DNA from: Verrucomicrobiota bacterium
GTDB lineage: Bacteria > Verrucomicrobiota > Verrucomicrobiia > Limisphaerales > AAA164-E04
Assembly: GCA_047947115.1 (NCBI GenBank)
Contig: CP170459.1
Coordinates: 3,456,001 to 3,520,000 of the forward strand
Length of the DNA: 64,000 nucleotides
Reading direction: 5' to 3'
A program made the translations under genes and the position numbers. Numbering within the stretch: the first letter of the stretch is position 1; each line of letters starts with the position of its first letter. This document shows, in pieces, positions 20,437-31,094 of the stretch. The notes beneath the pieces are model-generated. The model was given only the letters and a program-made list of their open reading frames with translations, ran no database searches and was not told the origin of the DNA.

Positions 20437-21438
20437 ATGGCGTTCCTTTTCAACGCGGGCCCGGCAGCGGTCCAGTCGGAATTTTATCACCAGCTTGGCA
20501 CCATGTGCCAGGCTGGTCTTTCTTTGCCCCAGAGCCTTGAAGCGCTGGATCGATCGCGCGGGTTTCGGGCTTATCAAAGTCGTATCCGGGATTGGCGTCA
20601 GTCCATAGAACGGGGAGAAACGTTCAGTGAGGCAGTGGCCCATTCCAAAGGCAATGTGCCTGAGTTCGATCTGGCATTGTTATATGCCGGCGAAAACTCG
20701 GGACGATTGGACGATTGCTTTCAGTTACTTTCTGAATATTACCGAACACGCGCTGAAAACATTCGGGAAACGAGAGGTCTGCTGGCATATCCCGCCTTGG
20801 TGGTGCACGCTGCGGCGTTCATTATTCCGTTTCCAGCTTTGTTTCAATCCGGTGATTTGGTGGCGTACGCCAAGGCTTCATTGGGTGTCTTATTGCCCAT
20901 TTACATACTGTTGTTTGTGCTGTCCTGGGCATTCAACGGTACCCGCGGAAACACTGTTCGTCGTTTTGTCGAATTGATTGTCTGCATGGTGCCGCTTTTG
21001 GGTGCGGGATTGAAGGCTCTGGCGGTATCCAGATTCAGTCTGGCCCTGGAAGCATTGCTCAATGCCGGAGTGTCCATCACGCAAGCCTGGACCATCGCAT
21101 CTCAGGCAAGTGGTTCACCTTCTCTTGCCTCCTGGGTGAAGTCCTTTCCTGAAGCGATGGATAGAGGGCAAACACCTTCCGAATGGATCGAGCATTGCTC
21201 CTACTTCCCGGAATTGTTCAGAATGTCCTACACCACCGGAGAGGCTTCCGGTCGTCTGGATGAGAACCTGAAACGCCTCAAGCGGATTTATGAAGAGGAA
21301 GGAAACCGCAAAATACGAACGTTTTCTCAATGGCTGCCGAGATTGATTTATTTCGGAATCATGTTCGTTATTGCCCGTTATATCCTTTCGTTCTGGACGG
21401 GATATTATGACAACATTTTTAAATCGACTGAATTCTAA
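20437..21438 (+). CDS. Type II secretion system F / PilC family inner-membrane platform protein
   Basis: Two T2SSF repeats (QLGTMCQAGLSL...AGENSGRLD; LEALLNAGVSI...TGEASGRLD) with TM segments. Confidence 0.88.
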   Translation: MAFLFNAGPAAVQSEFYHQLGTMCQAGLSLPQSLEALDRSRGFRAYQSRIRDWRQSIERGETFSEAVAHSKGNVPEFDLALLYAGENSGRLDDCFQLLSEYYRTRAENIRETRGLLAYPALVVHAAAFIIPFPALFQSGDLVAYAKASLGVLLPIYILLFVLSWAFNGTRGNTVRRFVELIVCMVPLLGAGLKALAVSRFSLALEALLNAGVSITQAWTIASQASGSPSLASWVKSFPEAMDRGQTPSEWIEHCSYFPELFRMSYTTGEASGRLDENLKRLKRIYEEEGNRKIRTFSQWLPRLIYFGIMFVIARYILSFWTGYYDNIFKSTEF

Positions 21439-21461
21439 AAAAGGAATGACTTAAAGGGACT

Positions 21462-22613
21462 ATGTGGACGATTGAGGAAATACAGGGAGACGCATCGCTC
21501 AGGGAAAAAGAGTTTCCGGTCTGCCGCGATCAGATTTTTTTGGGACACGCTGCTGTGTGTCCATTGCCCAGCAGGGTTGCCAATGCAATCCAACATTACG
21601 CAGGTGAATGCCAATACGGTGATCAGGAAGAAGCTGCCATGCGGTTGAATGCTGAAACCAGGGTGCTGGCCGGTAAATTATTGGGTGTTTCATCCAGAGA
21701 AGTCGCTTTGGTCGGTCCAACCAGTCTTGGGCTGAGTTTTGTGGCAACGGGTTTTCCGTGGCGCAAAAATGATCACATACTCGTGTACTTCGATGATTAT
21801 CCATCCAATGTTTATCCCTGGATGGCTCTGGCGGATTGGGGTGTGGAGGTGCGTTTCTTGAATACCACCGCTCCGGGACGTATTCGCCCCATGGATGTGC
21901 TGGGACAGATTGACGAAAGCACGCGCATGGTGGCATTGGCTTCCTGTCATTTTCTCAGCGGATTCCGGATCGAGGTCGATGCCATCGGTAAACTGTTGCG
22001 TGATCGGGGGATTGCTTTTTGTCTGGATGCCATTCAGACCATCGGCGCCTTTCCTACCCCCTTGGATCATGTTGATTTCATGGCTGCGGATGCCCATAAG
22101 TGGATGCTTGGGCCTTGCGCCGCAGGCTTGTTTGTGGTGCGCCAGCACATGCAGGATGTGCTGCGACCAACGACTTTTGGTTGGCACAATGTGGCCTGTC
22201 CGGACTTCGTGGCCGCAGAAGACTTTGAATTTCAAAAAGACGCACGCCGTTATGAAGCGGGAAGCCATAACTCCATGGGCATTGTCGGGCTGCATGCTTC
22301 TTTGAAAATGCTGAATGATCTTGGAGTGGATCAAATCGGAGCCGATTTGCTTGCCAAACGAACATTCCTGTGTGCCGGTCTGGCTGAGAAGGGCTTTCAA
22401 GTACTTCATCCAGATCTGCCCGATGAGAACGCAAGCGGGATTGTGACTTTCCACAAACCAGGTGAGGATATGGCTAAATTGCACCATGACCTGAAGGAGA
22501 AGCGAATTCTGACCTCGCTTCGAGTGGATCGGAAGGGACAAAAGTATATTCGTTTGTCTCCTCACTTTTACAATACATATGGGGAGTTGGAGCAGGTGGT
22601 CGGGGCGGTGTGA
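21462..22613 (+). CDS. Aminotransferase class V PLP-dependent enzyme
   Basis: LDAIQTIG, PLP lysine in ADAHKWMLGP, RYEAGS, IRLSPHFYN. Confidence 0.88.
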   Translation: MWTIEEIQGDASLREKEFPVCRDQIFLGHAAVCPLPSRVANAIQHYAGECQYGDQEEAAMRLNAETRVLAGKLLGVSSREVALVGPTSLGLSFVATGFPWRKNDHILVYFDDYPSNVYPWMALADWGVEVRFLNTTAPGRIRPMDVLGQIDESTRMVALASCHFLSGFRIEVDAIGKLLRDRGIAFCLDAIQTIGAFPTPLDHVDFMAADAHKWMLGPCAAGLFVVRQHMQDVLRPTTFGWHNVACPDFVAAEDFEFQKDARRYEAGSHNSMGIVGLHASLKMLNDLGVDQIGADLLAKRTFLCAGLAEKGFQVLHPDLPDENASGIVTFHKPGEDMAKLHHDLKEKRILTSLRVDRKGQKYIRLSPHFYNTYGELEQVVGAV

Positions 22614-22688
22614 GTCATTGTTTTCGGTCCAGATATGGGGTGTCCTCAATCTGGTGAAATCGACAACCTTTTATGGCGAATGTAAACA

Positions 22689-22720
22689 AAGCTGCCCGGT
22701 TCTTGCGAACCGGGCAGCTT
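22689..22720. terminator. Likely bidirectional intrinsic terminator
   Basis: aagctgcccggttc-ttgc-gaaccgggcagctt, a 14-bp perfect stem between convergent genes with A- and T-rich flanks. Confidence 0.8.
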
Positions 22721-22760
22721 GCTTTCGTTTCTTTATCTAACCAGGAATCAGAAACAAGGA

Positions 22761-24167
22761 TTAATAATCCACCGATGGCTGGAAATTTGGATATCCGGAA
22801 ATTCCGTGTTCTCCCACGTCCAAGCCTTCTTCTTCTTCCTGCTCGGTTACTCGCAACCCAACAACTGCCTTCAAGATGCCGAAGACAATCAGTGAGAAAA
22901 CAAAGGCAAAGGCGGAGATGGCAGCGGTCCCAATCAATTGAGTTACGAAACTACCACCGCCAAAGATGCCGACAGCCAAAGTGCCCCAGACACCGCAAAC
23001 ACCGTGAACCGAAACGGCACCGACCGGATCATCGATTTTGATGCGGTCAAAAAAGATCACAGACAGAACGACGAGCACACCGGCAACCGCCCCTGTGATC
23101 ACAGCAGCCCAGGGGGCGATGACATCCGCTCCGGCGGTGATTCCTACCAGGCCGGCGAGCATGCCGTTCAATGCCATGGAAAGATCAGGTTTTTTGAGCA
23201 CAACCCAGCTGAACAAAGCCGCAGCCAAACCGCCAGCACAACCGGCGAGTGCAGTGGTGACAAAAACCAGCGAGACACCGACCGGATCAGCACTCAATAC
23301 CGAACCTCCGTTAAATCCGAACCATCCAAGAAACAACATGAAGACACCAACGGTTGCGAGGGGCATGCTGTGACCAAGAATGGGTTTGATTTGTCCGTTC
23401 ACATATTTACCACGGCGTGAACCGAGCAGTAACACTGCAGCCAAGGCTGCGAATCCTCCAAAGGCGTGCACCAGGCTGGATCCGGCGAAGTCGGCGAATC
23501 CCATTTCGGACAGCCATCCACCGCCCCACTGCCATGAACCGGTGATGGGATATCCGATGGCCACCAGGATGGTTGCTCCTATCATGAAAGATCCAAGTTT
23601 GATGCGTTCTGCAACGGCTCCGGACACGATGGTGGCAGCGGTTGCTGCGAACATTGCCTGGAAGATGAAATCAGACCAGTAGGTGTAATCTGCGTATTGG
23701 TTCGTCAAGTTGGCCACTGCGTCGGCACCTTCCGCGAATCCATTGGGTATCGGGCTGCCCATGGCAAGGAATCCAGGGATTGTCCAGGCGTCTCCCGGAT
23801 ACATTGAAACGAATCCCCACAAGGCATAGGTCAAGACACCCATGGAAATGATAAACACGTTTTTGAACAGGATGTTGACCGTGTTTTTCTGACGTGTCAG
23901 GCCGCTTTCCAAGGTGGCGAATCCAAGGTGCATGATGAACACCAGAGCTGCCGATATCAGGATCCATAGATTGTCCACCATGAACTTGGGATAGGCGACC
24001 GGCATGGCCTGAAATTCCTCCATGGTGGTGAACGCAGGTGCTTCCTCCTCGGCTTCTGCTGCGACTTCCTCGACGGTGGCGGCGACTTCCTCCGCCGCGA
24101 TCAAATCAAATGATCCCAGGCTGGTCAGGCTGAAGATCAGGGCTAAAAATGTGAAAAGTTTTTTCAT
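22761..24167 (-). CDS. amtB: Ammonium transporter
   Basis: FQAMFAATAATIVSGAVAER, DFAGSSLVH, GWFGFNGGS, IDDPVGAVSVHG, EEEGLD. Confidence 0.96.
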   Translation of the reverse strand: MKKLFTFLALIFSLTSLGSFDLIAAEEVAATVEEVAAEAEEEAPAFTTMEEFQAMPVAYPKFMVDNLWILISAALVFIMHLGFATLESGLTRQKNTVNILFKNVFIISMGVLTYALWGFVSMYPGDAWTIPGFLAMGSPIPNGFAEGADAVANLTNQYADYTYWSDFIFQAMFAATAATIVSGAVAERIKLGSFMIGATILVAIGYPITGSWQWGGGWLSEMGFADFAGSSLVHAFGGFAALAAVLLLGSRRGKYVNGQIKPILGHSMPLATVGVFMLFLGWFGFNGGSVLSADPVGVSLVFVTTALAGCAGGLAAALFSWVVLKKPDLSMALNGMLAGLVGITAGADVIAPWAAVITGAVAGVLVVLSVIFFDRIKIDDPVGAVSVHGVCGVWGTLAVGIFGGGSFVTQLIGTAAISAFAFVFSLIVFGILKAVVGLRVTEQEEEEGLDVGEHGISGYPNFQPSVDY

Positions 24168-24225
24168 AGATTCTCTGTATTTGTCAGGTTTGCGGTAATT
24201 CGAAAGATGTTAGTTTGTGGTTTGA

Positions 24226-24576
<351 letters not shown>

Positions 24577-24611
24577 TTATAATGAGGTGTCATTTAAGAC
24601 ATCTCCCACTT

Positions 24612-24628
24612 AGCAAAGGGTGTGCCAA
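24612..24628 (-). promoter_or_regulatory. Sigma54 (-24/-12) promoter of glnK-amtB
   Basis: Minus strand TTGGCAC-ACCCT-TTGCT fits TGGCAC-N5-TTGC(A/T), about 48 nt upstream of the glnK ATG. Confidence 0.85.
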
Positions 24629-24906
24629 CGTGTTTTTTTGTGGTGTATGTGTTTTGTAACAAATTGGAAATCAGTGTTTAAAGTGTAAGTGGTTTGTTGG
24701 GTGGCTAGAAAATGTCACTCCTGGGGTGGTTAAAAATCGACAGCCTTTGTTTTTTTATACAGCCATTCAAAGAAATCCGTTAGAGAGGCTTTTTTAAAAG
24801 AACGGTGCATGGTCAGGAGGTAGCGGCCCACGAGTTCATGGTATTGACAACCTTCCTTCTGCCGTAGTTAAGTCTTTTCATACCCCGTTCGGAGTGACCC
24901 GGATTC

Positions 24907-27849
24907 ATGATGAGACATTTGAAGTTCAGCCCCATTACATTTTTACCGATGGTTCGTTGGTTGCAGTTGATGTTTGCCCTGGTTGCAACGGATGTCCTGA
25001 TGGGGGAAGAGGGGCGCGAGTCCGGCGTGGTCAATTCTGTGAAAGTGGAGTTTTTCAAGCATGAATCACCCGGAACGAACACTTGGCCTGAAGAAAAGGT
25101 GTTTGAATTCACAGCCCCTGCGATGGCTTTTGACCGCATTCCTCAGTGCTATAATGCAAACGGCATTCGAGACGATTGGCCAAATCCTTTATGGATCAAG
25201 GCATCCTGCAGGGTCGAAATGCCCGGTGGACGACACCGGTTTTTACTTCGATCACGACGAGCCGCACGTCTATGGGTGGATGGCGCCGTGATTGCTTCCA
25301 ATCCATTTCCGCCCAACATTCGTGATGGTCAGGATCCGGTGGAAAGGCCTTGCCTGGACCTCGGTCCGAATGTCCGGTTTCCCGCTCCAGGTGATCAGGA
25401 ATCGCTCATTGAGTGGGAGATCGAGGCGGGTTTCCATTTGATTCAACTTGAATTCTGTGTGGGCGGTTACGCCGGTAAAGAAAATTTGCGTCCGGAGACG
25501 GGGGAAACTCTGGTTGCGGTAAGTTACGAGGGTGATGCGACATTTTATTTGGTTGGCTCCGGTAATGGCATTGCGCTTACTGACGAGGCATGGCGGCGTT
25601 ATCACGCGCAAAGAAATGCGACTCTAGACCGAATGGATCAGGACAGGCGCCGTCAATTGGCCTCCAGCCATCAACATTATTGGAATAATAGACATGATCA
25701 TGCCCGGGCAGTTTGGGCCAAGATGACGGATCAGCCCGATTTCAACTCCCAAAGTATCGACACTTTGGTTGTCAAAAAAATACAAGAAGCCAATCGCACC
25801 CTGGCCGACGCTGGTCATGCGCCTCTGTTCAGGGACGGAATACAAAATGTTCAAAAGCTTCTATCGGATCGTTGCCTTTCTTGTCATGGTTCCAAAGCAA
25901 AGGGCGGCTTGAAACTGGATACATTGTCGAGTGCCTTGGAAGGTGGCGATTCGGGCAGGCCGGCCTTGAAACCAGGCAGGCCGGATGAAAGCCTGATGCT
26001 GCAATTGATCCAATCCGGCGACCCCGATGAACGGATGCCCCCGAAAGGAAAGGCGTTGAGTGAGCAGGAGGTCGACTTGTTGGAAGATTGGATCAGCAAA
26101 GGAGCCTCATGGTCCCAATCCATCATCAGTGAGCACGTCACTCCCATGCCTTTGACGGATGACTGGGAGTTTTTGCGGCGGGTAAGTCTGGATGTTCTGG
26201 GGATTCCTCCCAGTGAGGAAATGATTCGGCAATTTGAAGAGGACCGGTTGCCGGGCAAGCGATTGAGATGGATCGACCGCATGTTGAGGGACCCTCTCTG
26301 GGCGGATCATTGGGTTGGGTACTGGCAGGATGTGCTTGCCGAGAACCCGACCATTGTCAATCCAACCCTCAACAACACCGGCCCCTTTCGTTGGTGGCTT
26401 TATGAATCTTTTCTCGATAACAAATCCATGGATCGCATGGTGAGTGAATTGGTGATGATGGAAGGTTCCGTTTTTGGTGGTGGCCCGGCTGGGTTTGAAT
26501 TGGCCACACAAAATGATGTTCCCATGGCAGCCAAGGCCAATATTTTGACAACTGCTTTTCTGGGGGTGGATATGAAGTGTTCCCGTTGTCATGATGCGCC
26601 CTTTCATGATCATACCCAGAAGCAATTGTTCGGCATTGCGGGCATGCTGGCAGGGAAACCCATTACTGTCCCTGCCAGCAGCAGTGTTCCATTGGACCAA
26701 CCCCATCAAACCAAACGGAATGCATTGATCCGACTGTCCGTCAAGCCAGGCGATGAGGTGTCTCCGGCTTGGGAGTGGGATCAGTGGACGCCGAAAGAGG
26801 GTGTGGAATCTTGGCTGAACAATCCCAAAGACACCCGCGAACAACTGGCGTTTTTACTGACATCACCTCAGAACACGCGGTTCCCTCGCGTGATCGTGAA
26901 CCGCCTTTGGAAACGTCTGATGGGGAGTGGAATTGTGGAGCCGGTTGACGACTGGGAACATGCGGATCCAACTCACCCCGCATTGCTGGATTATCTGGCA
27001 CATTACTTTGTCCGCAACGATTACGATCTGAAGGCGGTGACCCGCTTGATTCTCAATTCCGACACCTACCAGCGCCGAACATCCCGGGAACAGGATGTGA
27101 TCCGCATGTTCGGTGCTCCAGGGCCCAGGCAAATGACCGCGGAACAAATCGTGGACACCTTGTTTGCCGTTACTGGAAAGCCAATGAATGTGGAACCCTT
27201 GACGGTTGATATAGGAGGAGGGCGATCCTGGGCCAATGCCGTTCACCTTGGCAATCCAAGCCGCGCTTGGATGTTTGGAGGTTTGGCCAACAATCGGGAC
27301 CGCCCCAGCCTGACTTTACCGCGTGTTCAAGCGGTTACTGATGTTCTGTCCGCATTCGGGTGGAGGGCATCCAGGCAGGAGCCTCTCACGGATCGAAAAA
27401 CTCCACTGACTCCCCTGCAACCGGCCATTCTCAACAATGGAACGATGATGACCTGGTTGACAAGATTGTCTGATGATCATCCGTTGACGGAAATTGCGAT
27501 GCAGGTCAAGTCACCCGGCGAATTGGTCGAACGATTATACCAGCGCATTCTGAGCCGTAAGCCGGATTTGATTGAAAAGCGTGAGGGGGTGTCTGCCATT
27601 CAGGAAGGGTTTTACGATCGAATCCTGTCGCGCACCATCTCCAGGACGGCCAGACCATCCAGACCGCCCTTGTATGTAACCTGGGCCAATCATCTTCAAC
27701 CCGAAGCCACGCACATTCAGTTGGAAGCCACACTCAAAGCAAAACAAGGAGATCCTCCCTCGCAACGTCTTGATCCTTCCTGGCGTGAGCGCATGGAGGA
27801 TCTGGTGTGGAGTTTGTTGAATCTGCCTGAAACCATTTATTATCCATGA
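24907..27849 (+). CDS. DUF1549/DUF1553 protein with a planctomycete-type cytochrome c domain
   Basis: CLSCHG...KGGLKLD...MPP...WISKGA, FLRRVSLDVLG, CSRCHD, RVIVNRLWKRLMGSGIV, PTHPALLDYLA. Confidence 0.9.
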   Translation: MMRHLKFSPITFLPMVRWLQLMFALVATDVLMGEEGRESGVVNSVKVEFFKHESPGTNTWPEEKVFEFTAPAMAFDRIPQCYNANGIRDDWPNPLWIKASCRVEMPGGRHRFLLRSRRAARLWVDGAVIASNPFPPNIRDGQDPVERPCLDLGPNVRFPAPGDQESLIEWEIEAGFHLIQLEFCVGGYAGKENLRPETGETLVAVSYEGDATFYLVGSGNGIALTDEAWRRYHAQRNATLDRMDQDRRRQLASSHQHYWNNRHDHARAVWAKMTDQPDFNSQSIDTLVVKKIQEANRTLADAGHAPLFRDGIQNVQKLLSDRCLSCHGSKAKGGLKLDTLSSALEGGDSGRPALKPGRPDESLMLQLIQSGDPDERMPPKGKALSEQEVDLLEDWISKGASWSQSIISEHVTPMPLTDDWEFLRRVSLDVLGIPPSEEMIRQFEEDRLPGKRLRWIDRMLRDPLWADHWVGYWQDVLAENPTIVNPTLNNTGPFRWWLYESFLDNKSMDRMVSELVMMEGSVFGGGPAGFELATQNDVPMAAKANILTTAFLGVDMKCSRCHDAPFHDHTQKQLFGIAGMLAGKPITVPASSSVPLDQPHQTKRNALIRLSVKPGDEVSPAWEWDQWTPKEGVESWLNNPKDTREQLAFLLTSPQNTRFPRVIVNRLWKRLMGSGIVEPVDDWEHADPTHPALLDYLAHYFVRNDYDLKAVTRLILNSDTYQRRTSREQDVIRMFGAPGPRQMTAEQIVDTLFAVTGKPMNVEPLTVDIGGGRSWANAVHLGNPSRAWMFGGLANNRDRPSLTLPRVQAVTDVLSAFGWRASRQEPLTDRKTPLTPLQPAILNNGTMMTWLTRLSDDHPLTEIAMQVKSPGELVERLYQRILSRKPDLIEKREGVSAIQEGFYDRILSRTISRTARPSRPPLYVTWANHLQPEATHIQLEATLKAKQGDPPSQRLDPSWRERMEDLVWSLLNLPETIYYP

Positions 27850-27850
27850 C

Positions 27851-29149
27851 ATGAAGATACCCCCGCTACCTAAGACTCTGACGCGACGTGCGTTTCTTTC
27901 CACCTTGGGAGCTGCCGGTGCGCATGTCACGATGCGTTCTGAAGTGGTTCCGGCGGGTGTGACCGCCTTTCCAAAGGGCAAGGCCAAAAGCTGCATCATG
28001 ATTTGGTTGGGAGGTGGGATGAGTCAGATTGATACATTCGACCCGAAAGTGGTGGGTGAATGGACAGAGAAACGTCCCGGATCCCAATACCCTTCCATTC
28101 CGACGAGTGTGCCGGGTGTCCGGGTTTGTGAGCATTTATCCGGCTGCGCGGGTTTGATGGATCGCATGACGATTGTCCGCAGCGTGCATCATGAAGTGAT
28201 TGACGAACATGGTGCCGCAGTGATTCGGGTGCACTCGGGGCGTCCCACCAGTGGAACGATTCAATATCCATCCATCGGATCCGTCATTGCGCATGAGCTG
28301 GGAAAAGCATCGGAAGATTTGCCTGCTTACGTGGTGGTTGGTTATCCCAATATCGCACGAGATCCCGGTTTTTTGGGAGCTGAACACGGTTACCTCTATG
28401 TGACCGACACCGCCGCCGGCCCAACCGGCTTGGCAAGGCCTTCGCATGTAAGTGATCAACGCCAGGCAAATCGTTCCGGATTGCTGGAAGGATTACGCAG
28501 AGATCGGGTCAAAGGTTATCCATGGCAGGACTACGACGGCATGGTCACGCGCAGCTTGCGATTGGCGGGTCCCAACTTCATGAACGTTTTTGATCTGGAC
28601 CGTGAATCGGCCGACATGCGCCAACGTTATGGCGGTGAATTCGGTCAACGATGTTTGTTGGCACGACGATTGGTTGAACGCGGCGTTCGTTTCGTTGAAG
28701 TGTCCCACAACCTGAACTTTGTGAATGGAACCGGATGGGACACGCATTTCGAAGGGCAACAACAGCAACACCTGCTGATTCGGGAATTGGATGGCGCGTT
28801 GTCTGCCCTGGTTTCGGATCTTGAGCAAAAAGGGAAGTTGGATGACACACTTGTTGTCATTGGAACAGAATTTGGTCGTCCGGCCCATTTTGATTCCAAG
28901 GGAGGTAGAGGACATCATGGTCGTTGTTTCAGTCTGGTGCTGGCAGGTGGCAGTTTGAAACATCAGGGCGCATATGGTGTGACCGATGAGCTGGGAATGA
29001 AAATTGTCGATTCCCCTGTATCAATCCCCGACTTTCATGCAACCGTTTATGCTGCATTAGGAATCAATCCTGACAAGGCCTTGTATGACGGAGATCGTCC
29101 GGTCCCCATCACCGATGGAGGGATACCCATCGGTGCATTGTTCGCGTAA
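27851..29149 (+). CDS. DUF1501 domain protein (Tat-like signal)
   Basis: TRRAFL, IWLGGGMSQIDTFDPK, CLLARRLVERGVRFV, WDTH, TEFGR; coupled to the DUF1553 gene. Confidence 0.93.
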   Translation: MKIPPLPKTLTRRAFLSTLGAAGAHVTMRSEVVPAGVTAFPKGKAKSCIMIWLGGGMSQIDTFDPKVVGEWTEKRPGSQYPSIPTSVPGVRVCEHLSGCAGLMDRMTIVRSVHHEVIDEHGAAVIRVHSGRPTSGTIQYPSIGSVIAHELGKASEDLPAYVVVGYPNIARDPGFLGAEHGYLYVTDTAAGPTGLARPSHVSDQRQANRSGLLEGLRRDRVKGYPWQDYDGMVTRSLRLAGPNFMNVFDLDRESADMRQRYGGEFGQRCLLARRLVERGVRFVEVSHNLNFVNGTGWDTHFEGQQQQHLLIRELDGALSALVSDLEQKGKLDDTLVVIGTEFGRPAHFDSKGGRGHHGRCFSLVLAGGSLKHQGAYGVTDELGMKIVDSPVSIPDFHATVYAALGINPDKALYDGDRPVPITDGGIPIGALFA

Positions 29150-29279
29150 GAGCCCAGCTCGACCAAGGCGGCACCTCAGAGCGAGAAGAACGCTTCTCTG
29201 GAGTGCTTTTGGCTCTTGAACCTACCTATCTGAAGGGACTTGTTGATCTTTTGGCGAAATTCGGGTAGTTCATATCTTT

Positions 29280-31085
29280 ATGAATTCCCGACTCAACTTG
29301 GCGGTTATTTGTACATTATTGTCGCGATCCCTGCAACAGTTGGCGCTGCTTTGTTTTTCTCTGTTGATTGCGTGGAGCCCCTTCCTCAGCTCGGCCCAAG
29401 AGCACGTGTTGCATTCCTTCGAATCGATCCGCCTTACGGACACCTATTTTTCGGAAGGAGCCAATGCTGGCGATCTGAATCAGGACGGACATCCTGACGT
29501 GGTGTATGGTCCATATTGGATTGAAGGTCCCGATTTTGAAAAAAAGCATGCCATATACGAAGCGGTTCCCCAACCGATGGAAGCTTATGCGGATCATTTT
29601 TTTGCATGGGTTTATGATTTCAATCGGGATGGGTGGGATGACGTGTTTGTGGTCGGATTTCCGGGCAAGCCAGCCTATGTTTATGAAAATCCAGGCAAAC
29701 TTAAGCAGGATGAATACTGGCCCAAACATGAAGTTTTTGATTCAGTGGGGAATGAATCTCCCCATTTTACTCAAATCGTAGGAGATGAAGTGCCCGAGTT
29801 GATTTGCACTCATCGCGGGATTTTTGGATACGCAACATTTGATTCGAGCAAACCCTTTGAAACATGGACGTTTCATCCCATTTCAGGTCGTATCACTGCC
29901 ATGCAGTTTGGGCACGGTCTGGGGGTGGGGGATGTGAACGGGGATGGTTTGTTGGACGTGATTTACCCGGGTGGCTGGTTTCAGCAACCTTCATCGAATG
30001 ACGGAGAGGGCCTTTGGACCCAACATAAAGCTTCCTTCTCAAACTCATACGGCGGGGCCGAAATGTATGCTTACGATGTCGATGGTGACGGGGACAATGA
30101 CATCATCACCAGTCAGGCGGCTCACGATTTCGGGCTTGCCTGGTATGAGCAGATAAGAGGTCCGGGTGAAGAAGTGATTTTTGAGGAACGATTGATCATG
30201 GGGTATCGCTCGGACCAGAATAAGTACGGGGTGGTGTTCAGCGAGCCGCACTCGGTAAATCTGGTGGATATGGATGGGGACGGTCTCAAGGATATTGTAA
30301 CCGGAAAAACCTATTACTCACATCATGAAAAGAGTCCGCTCTGGGATGCCGGAGCGGTTGCTTATTGGTTTCGTTTGCAGCGTACTCCTGAGGGGGTTGA
30401 TTGGATACCCTACCTTGCAGCGAGCGATACGGGGATAGGAAGGCAGGTGTCGGTGTCGGATGTCAATAAGGATGGATTGCCCGATATCGTTGTGGGAGGT
30501 ATGAAGGGAAGCCATGTTTTGTTACACCGTGTACGGAAGGTGGCTCCCGAAATCTGGCAGAAAGCGCAGCCGGAAGTTTATCAGTCGAAAGGCTACGTGC
30601 CGGCAGGAAGGAAGGAAGTGCCGGTCAATGCCCGGACCGGTTTGGCAGAGCACGCTTTAGAAGCGGAGTCCATTAGGATTGCCGGGCTTACCGCAGGCAA
30701 GGTTGTCATCCAGGATATGTCCAGCTTTCATGCCGACCGATGGAGCGGAGGTAAGCAGCTTTTTTGGTCCGGAGCCGAACCTAGGGCCAGGTTGCATCTG
30801 GAATTTGAGTTGGATAAGGCGGGGAATTACCAAATTGGAGCCAGCTTCACCACGGCGCGTGATTATTGTATCATCAATGTGTTGCTTGATAACAGGGCAT
30901 TGACCGAACCGATTGATCTGTTCGGGTATCCCGATGTGGAAACCACCGGGTTGCTCGAATTCGGTAGGCAGTCTCTGGAGGCCGGCAAACACCGGTTGAC
31001 TTTGGAAACCATCGGCATCAATCCTGCCGCGACCAAATACTACATGGTGGGAATGGATTTTTTAAGTTTGAAGCCAGTGGATTGA
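29280..31085 (+). CDS. Secreted FG-GAP/VCBS repeat protein with a C-terminal carbohydrate-binding-like domain
   Basis: Repeated DxNxDG motifs (GDLNQDG, DFNRDG, GDVNGDG, DVDGDG, DMDGDG, DVNKDG); C-terminal EAE...WSGGKQLFW beta-sandwich. Confidence 0.85.
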   Translation: MNSRLNLAVICTLLSRSLQQLALLCFSLLIAWSPFLSSAQEHVLHSFESIRLTDTYFSEGANAGDLNQDGHPDVVYGPYWIEGPDFEKKHAIYEAVPQPMEAYADHFFAWVYDFNRDGWDDVFVVGFPGKPAYVYENPGKLKQDEYWPKHEVFDSVGNESPHFTQIVGDEVPELICTHRGIFGYATFDSSKPFETWTFHPISGRITAMQFGHGLGVGDVNGDGLLDVIYPGGWFQQPSSNDGEGLWTQHKASFSNSYGGAEMYAYDVDGDGDNDIITSQAAHDFGLAWYEQIRGPGEEVIFEERLIMGYRSDQNKYGVVFSEPHSVNLVDMDGDGLKDIVTGKTYYSHHEKSPLWDAGAVAYWFRLQRTPEGVDWIPYLAASDTGIGRQVSVSDVNKDGLPDIVVGGMKGSHVLLHRVRKVAPEIWQKAQPEVYQSKGYVPAGRKEVPVNARTGLAEHALEAESIRIAGLTAGKVVIQDMSSFHADRWSGGKQLFWSGAEPRARLHLEFELDKAGNYQIGASFTTARDYCIINVLLDNRALTEPIDLFGYPDVETTGLLEFGRQSLEAGKHRLTLETIGINPAATKYYMVGMDFLSLKPVD

Positions 31086-31094
31086 AATTTGGTT

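Noticed and set aside
21462..22613. Selenocysteine lyase/SufS supplying the selenoproteins
   Set aside because: Lacks the RxGHHC or SSGSAC catalytic Cys loop; only the class V PLP fold is supported.
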